NCBI RefSeq assembly: GCF_014596745.1
Contig: NZ_JABTCF010000009.1
Span: 99,646-139,645 of the forward strand
Source of the DNA: Maribacter aquimaris
Lineage (GTDB): Bacteria; Bacteroidota; Bacteroidia; Flavobacteriales; Flavobacteriaceae
Reading direction: 5' to 3'
DNA: 40,000 nucleotides
The translations under genes and the position numbers were made by a program. Positions 37,039-40,000 of this stretch are shown piece after piece. Under the pieces are notes generated by a model, which worked only from the letters and a program-made list of their open reading frames with translations, did not search any database and was not told where the DNA came from. The stretch's first letter is position 1. The number at the start of each line of letters is the position of its first letter.

Positions 37039-37485
37039 ATGGAACCTCATTTTTTTAACGTAGATGTAAATTGGAAAAAGGATCGTATGGGAGTTATGTG
37101 CTCCCCAGAATTAAACCTTGAAACCAACAATTGTATAGAAATTGCCACTCCACCGGAATTCCCCAAAGGCATGCCTGGAAAATGGTCTCCAGAACATTTA
37201 TTTACCGCAGCAGTGAATAGCTGTTTAATGACCACCTTTTTGGCGATAGCCGAAAATTCAAAATTGGAGTTTTCAAGTTTCAGTTGTAAATCAAAAGGGA
37301 AAATGGAACGTGTCGAAGGTAAATATCTAATGACCGAAATTGTTTTGGAACCATCTGTGACTATTTCCGATGAACAATACAGGGGGAAAGCAGAAAAGGT
37401 CTTACAAAAATCAGAGGCTGCATGTTTAATTTCCAATTCGATAAAATCGAAAATAACCATGGTTCCGACCATTCATATCGCCTAA
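37039..37485 (+). CDS. OsmC/Ohr-family peroxiredoxin-like protein
   Basis: 148 aa; SPEHLFTAAVNSCLMTTF and ...SEAACLISNS carry the two conserved Cys regions. The antisense 141-aa ORF is a shadow. Confidence 0.85.
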   Translation: MEPHFFNVDVNWKKDRMGVMCSPELNLETNNCIEIATPPEFPKGMPGKWSPEHLFTAAVNSCLMTTFLAIAENSKLEFSSFSCKSKGKMERVEGKYLMTEIVLEPSVTISDEQYRGKAEKVLQKSEAACLISNSIKSKITMVPTIHIA

Positions 37486-37585
37486 ACCAACCCATAACAT
37501 CAGGTAAAGGTAGACTGTCGTACAAATTGAAATCATGGGTTTAATATACCTAAATCCTTTAGCCATCCGTATGACTTTTATTCAT

Positions 37586-38583
37586 TTATCGCTATTCGCT
37601 TGGCGCAAATCGCTATTCGCACATCGCTTACCGCCAATTGCTCATTACTAACTGTACATTGTTAATTGTTCATTGTTCACTGCTTACTGTTCACTGCCTA
37701 CTGTTCACTGCCTACTGCCTACTGCTTACTGCTTACTGCTTACTGCTTACTGCTATGAACAAAAAACCTTTTAACTTATAACTTCTCACTCATAACTTCC
37801 AACTTGGCTATTCGCTGCTCGCTAATCGCAGACCGCTTATCGCTATTCGCTTGGCGCAAATCGCTATTCGCACATCGCTTACCGCCAATATCTCATTACT
37901 AACTGTACATTGTTAATTGTTCACTGCTTACTGTTCACTGCCTACTGTTCACTGCTTACTGTTCACTGCCTACTGCTATGAACAAAAAACCTTTTAACTT
38001 ATAACTTCCAACTTTGCTATTCGCTGATGGCTGCTCGCAGACCGCTTATCGCTATTCGCTTGGCGCAAATCGCTATTCGCACATCGCTAACCGCCAATTG
38101 CTCATTACTAACTGTACATTGTTAATTGTTAATTGTTCACTGCTTACTGCTTACTGTTCACTGCTTACTGTTCACTGCTTACTGTTCACTGCCTACTGTT
38201 CACTGCCTACTGTTCACTGCCTACTGTTCACTGCCTACTGCCTACTGCTTACTGCTTACTGCTTACTGCTATGAACAAAAAACCTTTTAACTTATAACTT
38301 CTCACTTATAACTTCCAACTTGGCTATTCGCTGCTCGCTAATCGCAGACCGCTTATCGCTATTCGCTTGGCGCAAATCGCTATTCGCACATCGCTTACCG
38401 CCAATTGCTCATTATTACTAACTGTACATTGTTAAATGTTCTCTGCTTACTGATTACTGCTTACTGCTTACTGTTCACTGCTTACTGTTCACTGCTTACT
38501 GTTCACTGCTTACTGTTCACTGCTTACTGTTCACTGCTTACTGTTCACTGCCTACTGTTCACTGCCTACTGTCCACTGTTCAC
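37586..38583 (+). repeat. Heptanucleotide-lattice composite satellite, locus 3 (3 anchored units plus 1 terminal unit)
   Basis: Anchor ATGs at 37755, 37978 and 38271 (spacing 223/293). It carries the locus-specific CCTACTG heptad, the anchor variant AAAAAACC and a near-identical ~95-nt GCAGACCGCTTATCGCTATTCGCTTGGCGCAAATCGCTATTCGCACATCGCT...TGTACATTGTTAATTGTT block. Confidence 0.95.
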
Positions 38584-38717
38584 CCCCCTATACATTACCC
38601 ACCGTCTTTCCCCCAAAAATTAGTTAGGTATTCCGTTGTCATATGGTCGCTAAATTCGTAACTTACTCCTTGAATTTTTTTCTAGTAAACCAATCAAAAT
38701 TAATACCTAATAATTAC

Positions 38718-39731
38718 ATGAAAAACAAGATGAATACCTTGGCCTTCGCATGCAGTGCGATTTTCCTTTTCTCAACAACCATCGGATGTAAGAATAAGGA
38801 ATCGAAACCCTCAGAAGCCGAAGCTACGGAAGTTCAGGCAGAAGCTGAACCAGACTTTAAAATTTCCTTGGCCCAATGGTCCCTGCACAAAACCTTTTTT
38901 GGAGGTCAAATCGACTGGGAAAATTTTGGGAAAACACTAAAGGAATCACCCGATGATCTACTGAAAGGCCCGGATCCCATGGAATTTCCTGCAATGGCAG
39001 CGGCTTATGGCATAAACACCATCGAATTGGTCAATACCTTTTACTTCAGTAAAGGCGATGACATGGCGTATTGGACAGCCTTTAAAAAGAAATGTGATGA
39101 GGCCGGGGTAACGGTCGGTTTGATCATGTGTGATGCCTTGGGCAATCTTGGGGATGCTGATCCCGAAAAGCGTAAGGCTACGGTTGAAAACCATTACAAA
39201 TGGGTCGATATCGCCGAATTCCTAGGGGCACATTCCATTCGTGTGAACGCAGCCGGTGAAGGTACCGCCGAAGAAGTAGCCGAACATGCGGTCGCCGGAC
39301 TTAAAAGTTTAGCGGAATACGGTGCAACTAAAGGCATCAACATCATCGTAGAAAACCATGGTGGTTATTCTTCCGATGGTACATGGCTCAGTGGGGTCAT
39401 GGATAAAGTAGGTATGGACAATGTAGGTACACTCCCCGATTTCGGGAATTTCTGTATCGAAAGGGGTCCCGATGGTTGCATCAAGGAATATGACCGCTAT
39501 AAGGGAATCGCGGAATTAATGCCCTATGCCAAAGGCGTAAGTGCCAAATCACATAATTTTGATGAAAATGGCAATGAAGTGGATTCCGATTTTCTACGTA
39601 TCATGAAAATTGTAAAGGAATCCGGATTCAAAGGCTATGTCGGCATCGAATATGAAGGTACCGAACTTTCCGAAGATGAAGGTATCAAGGTAACAAAAGC
39701 CTTGTTAGAGAAAGTATTTGCTGAATTGTAA
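38718..39731 (+). CDS. Sugar phosphate isomerase/epimerase (xylose isomerase-like TIM barrel), lipoprotein
   Basis: The ATG at 38718 gives MKNKMNTLAFACSAIFLFSTTIGC (lipobox). Motifs SIRVNAAG, IIVENHGG and VGIEYEG. Confidence 0.8.
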   Translation: MKNKMNTLAFACSAIFLFSTTIGCKNKESKPSEAEATEVQAEAEPDFKISLAQWSLHKTFFGGQIDWENFGKTLKESPDDLLKGPDPMEFPAMAAAYGINTIELVNTFYFSKGDDMAYWTAFKKKCDEAGVTVGLIMCDALGNLGDADPEKRKATVENHYKWVDIAEFLGAHSIRVNAAGEGTAEEVAEHAVAGLKSLAEYGATKGINIIVENHGGYSSDGTWLSGVMDKVGMDNVGTLPDFGNFCIERGPDGCIKEYDRYKGIAELMPYAKGVSAKSHNFDENGNEVDSDFLRIMKIVKESGFKGYVGIEYEGTELSEDEGIKVTKALLEKVFAEL

Positions 39732-39803
39732 TATATACGTAAAGAGAATCAAATCTTTTTATCGCCATTTTCCAAAACAAGGCGGGTACACTAAGAAACA
39801 TTA

Positions 39804-39835
39804 AAGGGAGGACAAAAAAGTCCTCCCTTTTTTTA
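39804..39835 (+). terminator. Rho-independent terminator
   Basis: GGGAGGAC-AAAAAA-GTCCTCCC followed by T7. Confidence 0.8.
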
Positions 39836-39903
39836 CCCCTGACAACATCTGACATCCTCCAAACTATCTTTGTTTCATTGTTAAACCTTAAAATCAGTAA
39901 ACA

Positions 39904-40000
39904 ATGAAAAATGCAGTCAATTGGTTTGAAATACCAGCAACAAATTACGAAAGGGCGAAAAAATTTTATGAAACCATGTTGGGAATAACCATAACGGATA
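39904..40000 (+). CDS. VOC (glyoxalase/bleomycin-resistance fold) family protein, N-terminal 32 codons only
   Basis: MKNAVNWFEIPATNYERAKKFYETMLGITITD is a typical VOC N-terminus. The gene is truncated by the window end. Confidence 0.6.
   Translation, partial: MKNAVNWFEIPATNYERAKKFYETMLGITITD

Noticed and set aside
38014-38623. Track ORFs 38014-38274 and 38405-38623 in locus 3
   Set aside because: The same heptad-repeat translation artefact.

Overview
The window looks like a chromosomal region of a Bacteroidota/Flavobacteriia-type genome. That placement is an inference from gene content: a PafA-type phosphatase, a multi-copy FRKIRQ...ALQINNWN membrane family, many lipoprotein and outer-membrane (OM) beta-barrel genes, and A-rich starts without Shine-Dalgarno sequences. 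I call about 40 protein-coding genes, mostly housekeeping or metabolic. They are: a glpK (3' part)-glpF-OM-barrel operon; an NmrA-like reductase; NPP and PafA phosphatases; a GT39-like glycosyltransferase; an AlaDH-family dehydrogenase; sugE; aroQ; three small OM barrels; xerD; an ECF sigma operon; a PlsC-like acyltransferase; a Nudix CoA pyrophosphatase; a cyclophilin; a TRIC channel; a tightly coupled RDD / SpoIIM-like / DUF4129 / DUF4350 / MoxR / DUF58 cluster; Crp/Fnr; a DsrE-like protein; an MFS transporter; OsmC; and a sugar-phosphate isomerase. I saw no rRNA, tRNA, CRISPR/cas, transposase, phage or recognisable defence genes. The standout is non-coding. Three intergenic loci (16566-17912, 21347-22211, 37586-38583) total about 3.2 kb, roughly 8% of the window. 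All three are built from one family of hierarchical, single-orientation repeats laid out on a 7-nt lattice. Heptads of the GCTNNNN and YYNACTG types form 215-295-nt units, each closed by a conserved ~55-nt anchor (11 copies), and in locus 1 the units alternate as A/B dimers. I know of no described Bacteroidota element with this architecture. Secondary observations are at least four decayed genes, a ~140-nt paralogous intergenic element bracketing pafA, and a ~0.9-kb ORF-less stretch. All functional calls rest on motif recognition by eye; no database search was possible.
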